DNA of 64,000 nucleotides from an uncultured Verrucomicrobiae bacterium. Lineage in GTDB: Bacteria > Verrucomicrobiota > Verrucomicrobiia > Chthoniobacterales > JAFAMB01. Below are positions 21,981 through 31,879 of the stretch, piece after piece; the first letter of the stretch is position 1; the number at the start of each line of letters is the position of its first letter. The DNA lies in NCBI GenBank assembly GCA_963782115.1, contig CAWAIK010000003.1:503630-567629 (forward strand), read 5' to 3'. A program made the position numbers and the translations under genes. Below the pieces are notes generated by a model that was given only the letters and a program-made list of their open reading frames with translations, was not told the DNA's origin and made no database searches.

Positions 21981-22899
21981 TCAACGCCGATTGGCAAACG
22001 AAGCGCTTGTTGCTCGACCTAACTTCTCTAAGGCGAGAGATCTGAAATTGTCTACGACGGGTGTTCGCTTTCCCTTCTGGACAGCAATACCAATTTCAGA
22101 CATTGGTATCTTGTCCGCAATCTCACAGGCGACTACCGGAGCAACGCTAACTTTGACTGCCGATGCGGGCAGAACGGCGACACCCCATGCCCGAATCGAC
22201 GAGTGAGATCAGCATGGGCATCTCTCCTGCAGTCTGGCGAACGTTGGGAATAATACCGGCATCGCGAAGCATCCCGAAGATTAGATCATGAAATCCAGGG
22301 GCATAGGTGCGCTCATACATCACGAAGTCTTGGCCCGACGCTTCGCGCAGGCGTACCCTTTTTCTCTTTGCCAGTTTATGGGACGAGGGCAGGACGAGCA
22401 CAAACGGTTCGCGATGCACCGGGACTACCTCGAGTCTGGAGTGCTCACCGATCGGAAGGCGCAAAAATCCAATATCGAGAGATCCGGTCTCCAGCATCTG
22501 TATTTGATCTATTGTGAGAATATTGCGAAGGGAGAATTCTACTTCTGCATTCAGCTCCCGAAACTGACGAATGATTGCGGGCACAATCTCATTGCCAGCT
22601 GTCGATATGAATCCGATCCGCAAAATCCCCAGCTTCCCGTTAGCCGCCAGCTTTGCCTTATGAACAGCTTGGTCGAGTCGTAAGAGGGCTCCGGTTGCAT
22701 CCTCGCGAAATGCGACCCCAGCCGCGGCGAGTGCCGTTTTGCGCCGGTTGCGCTCGAAGAGTCTCACTCCAATCTCATCCTCAAGAGCTCGTATTTGAAG
22801 ACTTAGCGCAGGTTGACTGAGATGAATCATCTCCGCTGTGCGACCGAAGTGCAGAGTCTCTGCAATCGAGAGAAATGACCGAATTTGACGTAGCTCCAT
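21981..22899 (-). pseudogene. LysR-family regulator, frameshifted
   Basis: LHFGRTAEMIHLSQPALS; a shift after DSGMG leaves VAVLPASAV...DNFRSLAL in another frame. Confidence 0.85.
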
Positions 22900-23181
22900 G
22901 ACTTTAGTGTATTTGGATCTTTTATCACAGGATACAAAACAATCAATTTCACTTATTCACAGCAAGGCATGTATTCGAGAAACATGAACAATCGAATTTC
23001 TATCCCTACGAACACCTATCTGCGATTACTCTTCATGGTCCCGGCTATCGCCGATGCCCGTTCAGGCCAAAGGGATTTGAGCAAGCGCCTCCACTCCCCA
23101 AGGCGCTCAAAAAAACCGGAGCGCTACCCTCGTGGTACGGCAGCGGTTCGCGGCGGAGTGGCATTCTAACTTAGGAACCTT

Positions 23182-24031
23182 ATGGCGCTGATGATCGCTG
23201 AAGCCCTTGTCCCCGTCTTTTTCGTCATGTCTTGGCTACTTCGCTGGCGCGAGGCGCATAATCGATAATCAGCACGTCGCCAGCCTGAACGTGTTGGTAA
23301 CGACGTTTGCCTTGCCGGCCGCACTCTTTGTGAGTGTAGCCCAAACATCACGCAGTGGACTGGAAGAGAACGGAAAGCTTGTCCTCGTGCTTGTTATTTC
23401 CATGTTGGTGAACTTCGGGATAATGTTTGCTCTTAACCACTACCTCTTCCGTTTGAGTCCGGGCCAAAACGCCGTCCAGTCGTTGAGTGTCGGTTTCCCC
23501 AATTTTGCTGCGGTCGGCTTGCCTTTGCTGGGTAGCATCATGGGCCCAGGAAGCGCGGTTAGCGTGGCAGCTTCGGTCGCTGCTGGCTCCGTCTTTATCT
23601 CCTCGCTGGCTCTGGCCGTTTTTGAAGCGCGCGGAAAGGCAACCAGCTCGTCACCTCATCCGATTGCGACCGCGCTCTTTCATTCGCTTTCCAAACCGGT
23701 CGTGATTGCTCCCGTGGCCGGCCTGGTCGTGGCACTCCTGGGCATGCACCTCAACGAAGTGGTGAGGCATGCGCTTAACCTCATTGCCGCAACGGGCGCT
23801 GGTCTCGCATGTTTTGTGACAGGCTTGGTTCTCTCAGCACAGCCCTTGCGGCTGGATGCGAATGTTGGCGTTGGCGTCCTCATAAAAAACATCGTTCTCC
23901 CGTTGGTCGCGTATGCAATCACACTCGCGCTTGGGATGTCGGGTAAGAGCGCACGGGAAGCGATTCTCCTGACGGCCATACCCGCCGGATTTTTCGGCAT
24001 CCTCTTTGGGCGAAACTTGTTCGATTCGTGA
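23182..24031 (+). pseudogene. AEC (auxin efflux carrier / malonate transporter-like) family transporter, frameshifted at ~23230
   Basis: ALVPVFFVM/LGYFAG, FALPAALF, FPNFAAVGLPLL, KNIVLP; C-terminus appears truncated. Confidence 0.8.
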
Positions 24032-24185
24032 TCAAGCGGCGCTGGAACGGATTCCATTAGGTATCCAATAACTTTATTTGATTTGAATTTGTTATTACAG
24101 GACACAAAATAAGCCTTAACGTTGCTCTGTTGTCCGTTTCGTGCCAACAATTTCCCTTATCCGATGCTAGGCATGTAATTGGGCT

Positions 24186-24857
24186 ATGAACGTTCTACAT
24201 ATCCAGTCATCGCCGCGAGGTGACAAATCGAACTCTATTGCCCTGACAAACGCCTTTCTTCGGGCGTCAAGGAAAGTCCTCCCCGAGATTAATGAGGACG
24301 TCCTGAATGTCTGGGACGAAAACCTCCCCGAGTTTGACGCCGCATCCATCGGGGCGAAGTACAAGGCCATCAAGCACCAGCCACTGACTGACGCAGAATC
24401 GCATACATGGAACCGCATTCAAGAATTGATCGGTCGCTTCCAACGAGCGAACCGAATTGTCTTGGGCCTACCCATGTGGAACTTCTCCATCCCATACAAG
24501 CTCAAACAGTTGATTGATCTGACCGCTCAGCGCAATTACTTATTCACGTATGACGGCAAAGAATATGGGCCATGCCTCAACATCCCCAAGGCACTCGTCG
24601 TCTATACGCGGGGATCTGAATATCGCGAGGATTCTCCAATACCACCGTCGTTCGATCACCAAGCGCCTTACATTGATTTTTGGCTTCGTCTCATAGGAGT
24701 GCATGAGGTTCACAGTGTGGTCGTGGATAACGCGTGGAATCAGGACCATGCCCAATCAGAGGCCAGTCTGGCTGCCGGCAAGCAATCAGTTGAACGAATA
24801 GTCAGAGGCTTCTGGGGATTGTGCGAACCTATTGAAATCGGGATCGGCGTCCGATAA
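24186..24857 (+). CDS. azoR: FMN-dependent NADH-azoreductase
   Basis: LHIQSSPRG, PMWNFSIPYKLKQLID, TRGSEY. Confidence 0.88.
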   Translation: MNVLHIQSSPRGDKSNSIALTNAFLRASRKVLPEINEDVLNVWDENLPEFDAASIGAKYKAIKHQPLTDAESHTWNRIQELIGRFQRANRIVLGLPMWNFSIPYKLKQLIDLTAQRNYLFTYDGKEYGPCLNIPKALVVYTRGSEYREDSPIPPSFDHQAPYIDFWLRLIGVHEVHSVVVDNAWNQDHAQSEASLAAGKQSVERIVRGFWGLCEPIEIGIGVR

Positions 24858-24940
24858 TGGCCGGCACCTGGAAATTCTCCCCGCTTCGAAGCGCGGCCCG
24901 GAAGATGGCCATCGTCCTCAAGGGCTCGGTTGTTGATCCC

Positions 24941-25267
24941 CTACTCTCCCCTTCCCCACCCTGCTCGTTGGTGTTCCATATCCACTCGCCTGTAACGCGA
25001 TCGCAGAAGATTCGTGATCAGGCTAGTCTGGCAATTCCCGACGCGTAGCCATATGAACTTCGGCGGGTGGCCAAACACAATAGCCCTTTGATGAAAATCT
25101 TTGTCCTTTGATACGATTGTAAACTCATGCTGCTTCGCCCACTCCCAGACGGCGAAGTCACCCGACTCTCGCAGACCAACTGCCTTGACGTGCGTCGAAC
25201 CAGGAAACAAATCGGCAACCCGAGAAATAATCCTGTCCGAGAGGTTCTCATCCAATAGCAGTTTCAC
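24941..25267 (-). pseudogene. DUF5615/PIN-like (VapC45-type) toxin, C-terminus replaced
   Basis: MKLLLDENLS...IVSKDKDF...PPKFIWLRVGN; GTG start overlaps the antitoxin stop. Confidence 0.75.
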
Positions 25268-25487
25268 GCCGGCGCCACGAAGAGCTTCCGCTCGCGGTCG
25301 GCCGCAAAGGCGAAGCAAGCATTAATGTCCTCCCGGGTAAGGTCAGGAAAATCCTCTAGAATCTGATCCCCGTCATACCTCCGGCCAAGTACTCAAAAAC
25401 ATCCTGCACTGTAATTCGCATGCCCCGAATACACGGTTTGCCGTTGCGCTTGCCGGGCTCGATTGTGGTGATTTTCGAGTAATCCAC
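25264..25487 (-). pseudogene. DUF433 antitoxin, 1-nt frameshift
   Basis: GKPCIRGMRITVQDV...ILEDFPDLTREDI; 224 nt long, not a multiple of 3. Confidence 0.8.
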
Positions 25488-25605
25488 GGCCGGCAGAATA
25501 ATTCAGCACCTATCCAGCGGTCAACGCCTCGACCTGAGATCGCTGGAGAAAGGCTAAGCCAAAAAGTAACCGAAATATATCAATGCGGAGAGCGCGCAGC
25601 TTCGC

Positions 25606-25805
25606 ATGATCGACCTCAATCTGTTCCGTGTATTCGACGCGACGATGCTGCATCGCAGTGTTCGAAAGGCGAGCCAAATACTTTCGGTAACTCCCTCAGC
25701 GGTCAGTCACGCTTTGCGTAGGCTGCGCCAGTCAATCGGCGATGAGTTCTTCATCCCGACCGAGTCCGGCATGCAACCAACGCAACGCGCGCTTCAGTTA
25801 GCCTC
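25606..25805 (+). pseudogene. LysR HTH fragment
   Basis: IDLNLFRVF...SVTPSAVSHALRRLR...GMQPTQRA. Confidence 0.8.
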
Positions 25806-25969
25806 AGGCTCGAAACGGAATCCTCCAGCGGATACGTTTGGCTCCAGGTCCTCGACGTTTTTCCGGGCCAACCAATCGTCGAGCGAACTTCGATGAACTC
25901 CTGGGACGATCCGGGGTTCCGCAGAGCGATAGAGGCTACCGGTAAAAAGAATATTCTCTTGTGCGGCCT

Positions 25970-26589
25970 CTGACATGGTAGGGCTCTATCTCAATCCACC
26001 CGAGAATGCGATCGTGCTTTGCGTGGATGAAAAGAGCCAAACCCAAGCTCTGGAACGCATTCAACCGATCTTGCCGATGAGGCCGGGGCCTCCTGAACGC
26101 CAAAGCCACGACTACTACCGCCATGGCATCGTGTCACTCTTCACCGCCTACGACGTGGCAAGCGGACGAGTGATCGGCAAATGCCACAACCGTCATTGCG
26201 AAGAAGAGTTCCTCAAATTCATGATCTGGTTGATAGCCAACTACCGCGTGAAACTCAGATTCAGCTCGTCTTGGATAATCTTGCCACTCACAAAACTCCT
26301 CAGGTGCGCAACTGGTTTGCTCGACGCCCACATTACGTGTTGCATTTACTCCTACGGGTAGTTCCTGGATCAATCAGGTCGAGCGATGGTTCGCAAAGAT
26401 CACCACCGAAGCCATACGCCGAGGTAGCTTCAGCTCGGTTAAGCACCTGATTAAGGCGATCGAAGCCTACATCGTTGAGCACAATAACGAGCCTAAACCA
26501 TTTCTCTGGACCGCCACTGCCAACAGCATTTTCGACAAAATAAGTGCTTCACTCGATTAATGAAATGAACTTATCATCTAGGACACTAG
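25970..26589 (+). mobile_element. IS630-family remnant (frameshifted DDE domain and right end)
   Basis: VGLYLNPPENAIVLCVDEKSQ, LDNLATHK, SWINQVERWF; end ...GGACACTAG. Confidence 0.85.
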
Positions 26590-26737
26590 TGCATCGTATC
26601 ATAAGTCAGTGGCATACTCCTTGGACTGCCTAATAGTGCGGTCGCGCTTTAAGCAGCCAGAACGTTCTTTGCTATCGAGGCGCGATCACGGAACTGCCCT
26701 GCTGGTCTTTCCGGTCAGGCAACTTCTGCGCGTGATT

Positions 26738-27718
26738 CTACATTCCGAATGCCTTGGACCTCGGAGCGCGAGTCGAAGATGTATTTTCCGATTTCACTGT
26801 TTTCGCGCGCCTTTCCATTTTCCTATACAACGCTCCTTCCCCTAGCCTAGTCAGAAGGAAATTGACGGCTGGTGAACGTTGATCTCGCCGGTGAGCTACA
26901 GCGAGTTCCGACACCAACTGAATGTCAGCCAGCGGGCGAAACACAACCGATGGGACACGCATGTAGCGGAGCGACTCCGGCACGATCGATATACCTGATC
27001 CGCCAGCCACTAGTCCGATGATCGCGCTCAGTTTCTCGGCTGTCTGCGCCACATGGAGGTCAAACCCTCCTTGTTTCGCTATTGCGTTCACATGATCATC
27101 CAAAGTCGACTTACCGTCCGGTCTTGAATACAACACTAGCTGCTCGTTCTTTAGCTCTGCGCACAATATCTTCTTCTTTTTAGCCAGCGCATGATCCTTG
27201 TTCAGTGCAACTAGGATTTTCTCTACCATTACCGTTGTAATTACGATCTCGGGCGGTACGACCGCGGGAGGCAAGCGGACAAAGCCGAGGTCAAGCTCAC
27301 CTTCGACCAAACGGCTCATTTGGCTGGTGGAATCGCCTTCGGCAAATTCTAAATGAACCCCAGTCGCGCAGCTTGGAAATAGTAATGCAAGGTTGGCCAG
27401 TAGCCCGCTGAAAGGAACCGAATGCACGTAACCGATTCGGACAGTGCCGAGTTTGCCTCGGGCCACTTTCTGGGCAACGACTTTGGCTCGTTGGGCGTGC
27501 TCCAGCGTCAGCCTAGCCTCTTCTAAGAAATATTTACCCGCCTCGGTCAGAGCGACTGTCCGTTTGGTCCGCTCCAGCAAAAGAACACCTACTTCCTCTT
27601 CCAAAGCCTTGATTTGTTGGCTTAATCCAGGCTGTGAAACATGAACGGACTCCGCAGCCTCCCCAAAATGCAGTCGTTCAGCGACCGCCACAAAATAGCG
27701 CAACTGGTGAAAATCCAT
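26738..27718 (-). CDS. LysR-family transcriptional regulator
   Basis: QLRYFVAVAERLHFGEAA...SQPGLSQQIKALEEEVG. Confidence 0.92.
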   Translation of the reverse strand: MDFHQLRYFVAVAERLHFGEAAESVHVSQPGLSQQIKALEEEVGVLLLERTKRTVALTEAGKYFLEEARLTLEHAQRAKVVAQKVARGKLGTVRIGYVHSVPFSGLLANLALLFPSCATGVHLEFAEGDSTSQMSRLVEGELDLGFVRLPPAVVPPEIVITTVMVEKILVALNKDHALAKKKKILCAELKNEQLVLYSRPDGKSTLDDHVNAIAKQGGFDLHVAQTAEKLSAIIGLVAGGSGISIVPESLRYMRVPSVVFRPLADIQLVSELAVAHRRDQRSPAVNFLLTRLGEGALYRKMERRAKTVKSENTSSTRAPRSKAFGM

Positions 27719-28056
27719 TTGTCTTTCCAGAAATTAGAGCAACCCCTGAGCTCGATTGCGTGTCTCTTTGCCCCAATATGGATTCCCATTTCCCCTTTCT
27801 CCGCGACGTTATTCGGACAGCGTCACTCAACGTACATACAAATTCCTCCAACGCGAGTGACCGAACGCCGTAACGAGCAATGGTGGCAAAGAGATTCAGG
27901 TCGGAAAACTCCAATCCAATCACCATAGCACTGGATCTCAGTTAAACAATCATTTCTCAAGATCGGATCAGCTCAGGAAAACGGAAATTTTCGTACGCTA
28001 AGAGTTTGTGTTGCACAGCTTTAAACCAGCGAACAGCAGTCTCCCGTGGCTGCCTA

Positions 28057-29153
28057 TGAATCGTTGCGTAAGTGTGAGCAGTTAGTGCCTATCCCAGAAC
28101 GTAGGAAGTGAATTCCATCTGGAAGAACGAGCGGATGAGATCACTCTGCTTTTGGATCGAGCGTAAGATGGCAAGCATGCTGCTTTTCAGAGTTGCTTTG
28201 CTGTCGATGAATAACTTTGCCAGTCGCCCTTTAGCATGATTCCAGACCTGTTCATCTGGATTGAATTCCGGGGCATAGCGCGGAAGATAAGCCAGCGTGA
28301 CTGCTCCCTGGCTCTTTTCGGCAAAAGCCTGGACCGTCCCAGAGGTGTGATAGGCAGCGTTATCGGCAATGACGATGATGGGACAACCGGCATCGGCCAG
28401 CAACTTCTTCACGAAGGCAATGAACTTGCCAGAGTTCATCTTGTCTTGGATAACGCTAAAGCGCATGTCTCCACGGGGACTGACTGCGGAGATCAGTTTC
28501 AGGGTGAAACGATCTCCGCTGTCTTCGACCACCGGCGTCTGTCCGATAGGTGCCCAGGTCCTCCCACGATGGTGATCACTGCGCACCGCCGATTCATCGA
28601 CGAAGTAAATCTCCGCCCCCGTGCGCTGCGCCAGAGCCCGCAACTCTGGAAAGGTCTTATTGAGGTAACGCTCCAATTCCTGCGGATCCTGCTTATAGGA
28701 ACGATAGATTGGCCGCTGCGGGGTCAAGCCCATGTACTGCAGAAGGCGACAAACCGCACTTTTACTCAATTCCACTCCCTTCTCTTTCTTCAACACTGTT
28801 CGAACGATGTTGAGCGTCCACAGACAGAAAACCAACTGAAACTGCCTTGGATCTCCCAATGTGATAGCCTCATAGAGCCACTGCATTGTTTCGGCACTAA
28901 CCTTTCTAGGTCGCCCACTGCGTCGACCCTCTTCTAAGGCGTGCCAGCCTCCAGCACGGTATCTGGCAAGCCAACCAAAGATAGTTCGCTGTGGCACTGC
29001 ATATACTCTGGCTACCACACTTACTGGTTCACCTCGCATGACAGCCTCTACTGCATCCTTGCGTTTCTCATACTTAGCTGCTGCCTTTCCTACATCCATG
29101 CTCCTGACTAACATAACCTAACGTTATAACGCTAGCACTTTCGCAATAATTAA
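28057..29153 (-). mobile_element. complete IS630-family insertion sequence
   Basis: Ends TATGAATCGTTGCGTAAGTGTGAGC / TATTAATTATTGCGAAAGTGCTAGC (19/25 match) with flanking TA. Confidence 0.85.
28089..29114 (-). CDS. IS630-family transposase
   Basis: [36 protein letters not shown]. Confidence 0.93.
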   Translation of the reverse strand: MLVRSMDVGKAAAKYEKRKDAVEAVMRGEPVSVVARVYAVPQRTIFGWLARYRAGGWHALEEGRRSGRPRKVSAETMQWLYEAITLGDPRQFQLVFCLWTLNIVRTVLKKEKGVELSKSAVCRLLQYMGLTPQRPIYRSYKQDPQELERYLNKTFPELRALAQRTGAEIYFVDESAVRSDHHRGRTWAPIGQTPVVEDSGDRFTLKLISAVSPRGDMRFSVIQDKMNSGKFIAFVKKLLADAGCPIIVIADNAAYHTSGTVQAFAEKSQGAVTLAYLPRYAPEFNPDEQVWNHAKGRLAKLFIDSKATLKSSMLAILRSIQKQSDLIRSFFQMEFTSYVLG

Positions 29154-29159
29154 TAAGTG

Positions 29160-29275
29160 CACGGAAATGACCTTTCACAACCCGTCGGTTCGCACGCCAA
29201 ATGTAATCTCCCGTCAAATTAATGTGCGCCCAGCCCAAAGGTGAAAGATGAACCGGCAAGCTGGCTGCGACGCGC
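29160..29275 (-). pseudogene. Tn3-family transposase, extreme C-terminal fragment
   Basis: [18 protein letters not shown]. Confidence 0.75.
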
Positions 29276-30157
29276 TTGCCTGGAGTCGGTTTTCGGCCAC
29301 CGGAATAGGGGGTGCCCGTATCCACTCAGCACATTCCAAACACATTGCTAACCATCGACTGCCAACCGACAACTGTTAATTACCATCTCCACTCTAATAA
29401 CCTCACCTTATTAGTTGCGTGGATGTGTTCTATTAGAAATTGTTTCCCTGATATCCGATCGTTTCTTCAGGAAAGGATTAGGAGAAATGATTAAGAGTTG
29501 GTTTTCAAAAGTAACAGAAAGGGCGATGCTTCAGGCTGCCGTAGTCTTGATAGTTCCAGTGACTTGCTCGATGGCGTTTGCGGCGTGCTCCGATCTCGCT
29601 GGTAACGTAAGGAGGGAACGCATCCAAACGTCAACTATCAAAAGGCTGTGGTGGGAGGACCTCAGACCGGCGACAATGTAACCATTGGCCCGACAACCTA
29701 TAACCCAGAGTCCCAAGGTTTCGAAAGGCCATGGCCATTTGGTCCGGAATTCAATCCGCAGTAATAAGGAATGCCTTAGCCGGAACGAATCGGGTGATTA
29801 AAATGGACGGAATCATGATGTACGAAGTCAATGGGTGCGGCATTTACAAGCCGATCTCGTTACTCTGCCTTATTTTAATCGCTCGAATCCGGCGATGTGC
29901 GCGGACAAAGATTTTGGGCGTAACTAAGTGACCAACGTGACGAAATCCACTACGGACCGGAGAGGCTGCTGCGGGGACCGATCTGAAATTGGTCTGATTC
30001 TACAGGTTTGAACGAGGACTTCCGGATCCTCCGGGGGTATTTTCTTCGTCCATCTTCGACACAAATGTTTTTCTTCGAGCTTGGGTTTTGTTCTGGATCA
30101 AAGGAAGTAGCGGGGGCTTGAGTGCGGCTTGGCGGGGGGCTGTGTTGTGGCCTCGCC

Positions 30158-30691
30158 ATGAACTCGCCTTCTTCTTGCAAGTGCCTCCATTGCAGAGAGT
30201 TCTTTATTCCCTGCCCGAATAGTCGACACACTCAGCGCTACTGCGCAAAATCCGATTGTCGCAAGGCCAGCAAGGCCGCCGCCCAAGCCAAGTGGCTCAA
30301 GAAGCCGCAAAATCGTTCCTACTTTCGCGGACCGGAAAACGTCGAGCGGGTGCAACGCTGGCGAGAGCGCCATCCCGGTTACTGGCGCAAAAAGAGATCG
30401 TCACGGCCGGATGCGTTACAAGATCTTGCCCCCAGTGAAGTATCACAAAATCAGCCGATTACGATTAATGAGATCGGTCTTTTAGCAGACGATTTTGGCC
30501 TCTGCGAGCCCTCGAAGCCCTCCAAGACTCCCCGTGCGGGTGCGTTACAAGATCTTGCCTATGTTCAAGTGCCTCTGCTTGCGGGAGTTGTGTCCTTGCT
30601 CATCGGTGATGCGTTACAAGATCGCTTTGCCACTTTTACCCGGGAGCTCGTAGACAGAGGCAAGCGCGTGCTGGCAGCTGAACGCTCTTGA
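30158..30691 (+). CDS. IS21 passenger ORF1: Cys4 zinc-finger-like basic protein
   Basis: CLHC..QRYC..SDC, basic helix, three ALQD repeats; identical in copy 2. Confidence 0.7.
   Translation: MNSPSSCKCLHCREFFIPCPNSRHTQRYCAKSDCRKASKAAAQAKWLKKPQNRSYFRGPENVERVQRWRERHPGYWRKKRSSRPDALQDLAPSEVSQNQPITINEIGLLADDFGLCEPSKPSKTPRAGALQDLAYVQVPLLAGVVSLLIGDALQDRFATFTRELVDRGKRVLAAERS
30412..30623. repeat. three direct repeats TGCGTTACAAGATC(TTGCC)
   Basis: Copies at 30412-30430, 30541-30559 and 30610-30623. Confidence 0.9.
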
Positions 30692-30740
30692 GGCGGGCGG
30701 CTTTTGGCAGCCGCGGCAAACTCTAAGGAAACAACCCATT

Positions 30741-31184
30741 ATGCCCACTAAACGACTTATCGATCCCAGGCGAATGCGCAAAGGCCTTCCGCGCGGATTC
30801 GGCTGGATAGACCACCGCCTGTTGCGAGAGGGTTACATCACCAATTGCACCCCACAGGCTCTGGCGCTGTATGTTCTTCTGGTCTGCGCCTCCGATGCGC
30901 AGGGTTTAAGCTATTACTCCGGCCCACGCATCGCAGAGTTGTTGCGTCTGGAGCCGGAAGTCGTCGCGGGAGCGCGCCGGGAATTGATCGAGTTGGGACT
31001 GATCGCTTACCAAAAGCCCCTCTATCAGCTCCTGAGCCTGGAAAGGCAACTGCCGGAGATTAAAAGCCAGCCTGCACAACGGACTGCGTCCGCCTCCGAA
31101 CCCCAACCGATTGGTGCTATTAGCCCTCTGTCGCTCAAAGCGATGGTCGAAGACTTTCTGCAAAAGCAAGGAGGTAAGAAATGA
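30741..31184 (+). CDS. IS21 passenger ORF2: (winged) helix-turn-helix protein
   Basis: FGWIDHRLL..LALYVLL..GLSYYS..IAELL..ARRELIELGLI; AAGGA RBS; stop overlaps the istA ATG (ATGA). Confidence 0.75.
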   Translation: MPTKRLIDPRRMRKGLPRGFGWIDHRLLREGYITNCTPQALALYVLLVCASDAQGLSYYSGPRIAELLRLEPEVVAGARRELIELGLIAYQKPLYQLLSLERQLPEIKSQPAQRTASASEPQPIGAISPLSLKAMVEDFLQKQGGKK

Positions 31185-31871
31185 TCAACTTTGAAACCTA
31201 TCACGAGGTGCGCCGTTTGAACCGGGAGTTGAAGCTGACTGCGGCTCAGATTGCCGAAAAGACCGGACTCAATATCAAGACCATCCGCAAATGGCTGGAT
31301 AAACCCCGCTACGAGCCGCGCAGCAAGGGATCCAAGCGCGCAAGCAAACTGGATCCCTATAAAGATCTGATAGTCTCCTGGCTGGAAAAACATCCTTACA
31401 CCGGAATGCAGATCTTTGAGCGCCTGCGCTCTGAACACGGTTACACAGGCTCAAGATCGATCCTGCATGACTTCATCGCCACGGTGCGACCAGTTCGCCA
31501 CCAAGCTTACCTCAAACTGGCCTTTGAACCGGGCGATTGCCTGCAGATCGACTGGGCCACGCACGGCTTGATGCGCATCGGAGACTGTACACGCAAACTC
31601 CATTACTTCGCCGCGGTGCTCTGCTATAGCCGGTTACTCTTTGTGGAGTTTTTCCTGAGCCAAAGTATGGAATGCTTCCTGGCCGCCAACCGTCACGCGC
31701 TGGAATACTACGGTGCGAGTCCCAGGCGCATCATGCACGACAATCTTAAGACGGCTGTACTGGAGCGTCTGCCGGGTTGCGCTCCTGTCTTTAATCCGCG
31801 TTATCTGGATTTTGCCGCACACTACGGCTTCAAGCCGGTGGCGTGTAATGTCGGGCGAGGCAACGAAAAAG
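31181..31871 (+). pseudogene. istA: IS21 transposase IstA, 5' part (interrupted)
   Basis: N-terminal HTH, SKLDPYK, LQIDW, MHDNLKTAV, ACNVGRGNEK; continues at 35322. Confidence 0.93.
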
Positions 31872-31879
31872 CTTTGAAC

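Noticed and set aside
30412..30623. Direct repeats as a CRISPR mini-array
   Set aside because: Repeats are only 14-19 bp, spacing is irregular (129 and 69 bp), they lie in a coding frame, and no cas genes are present.
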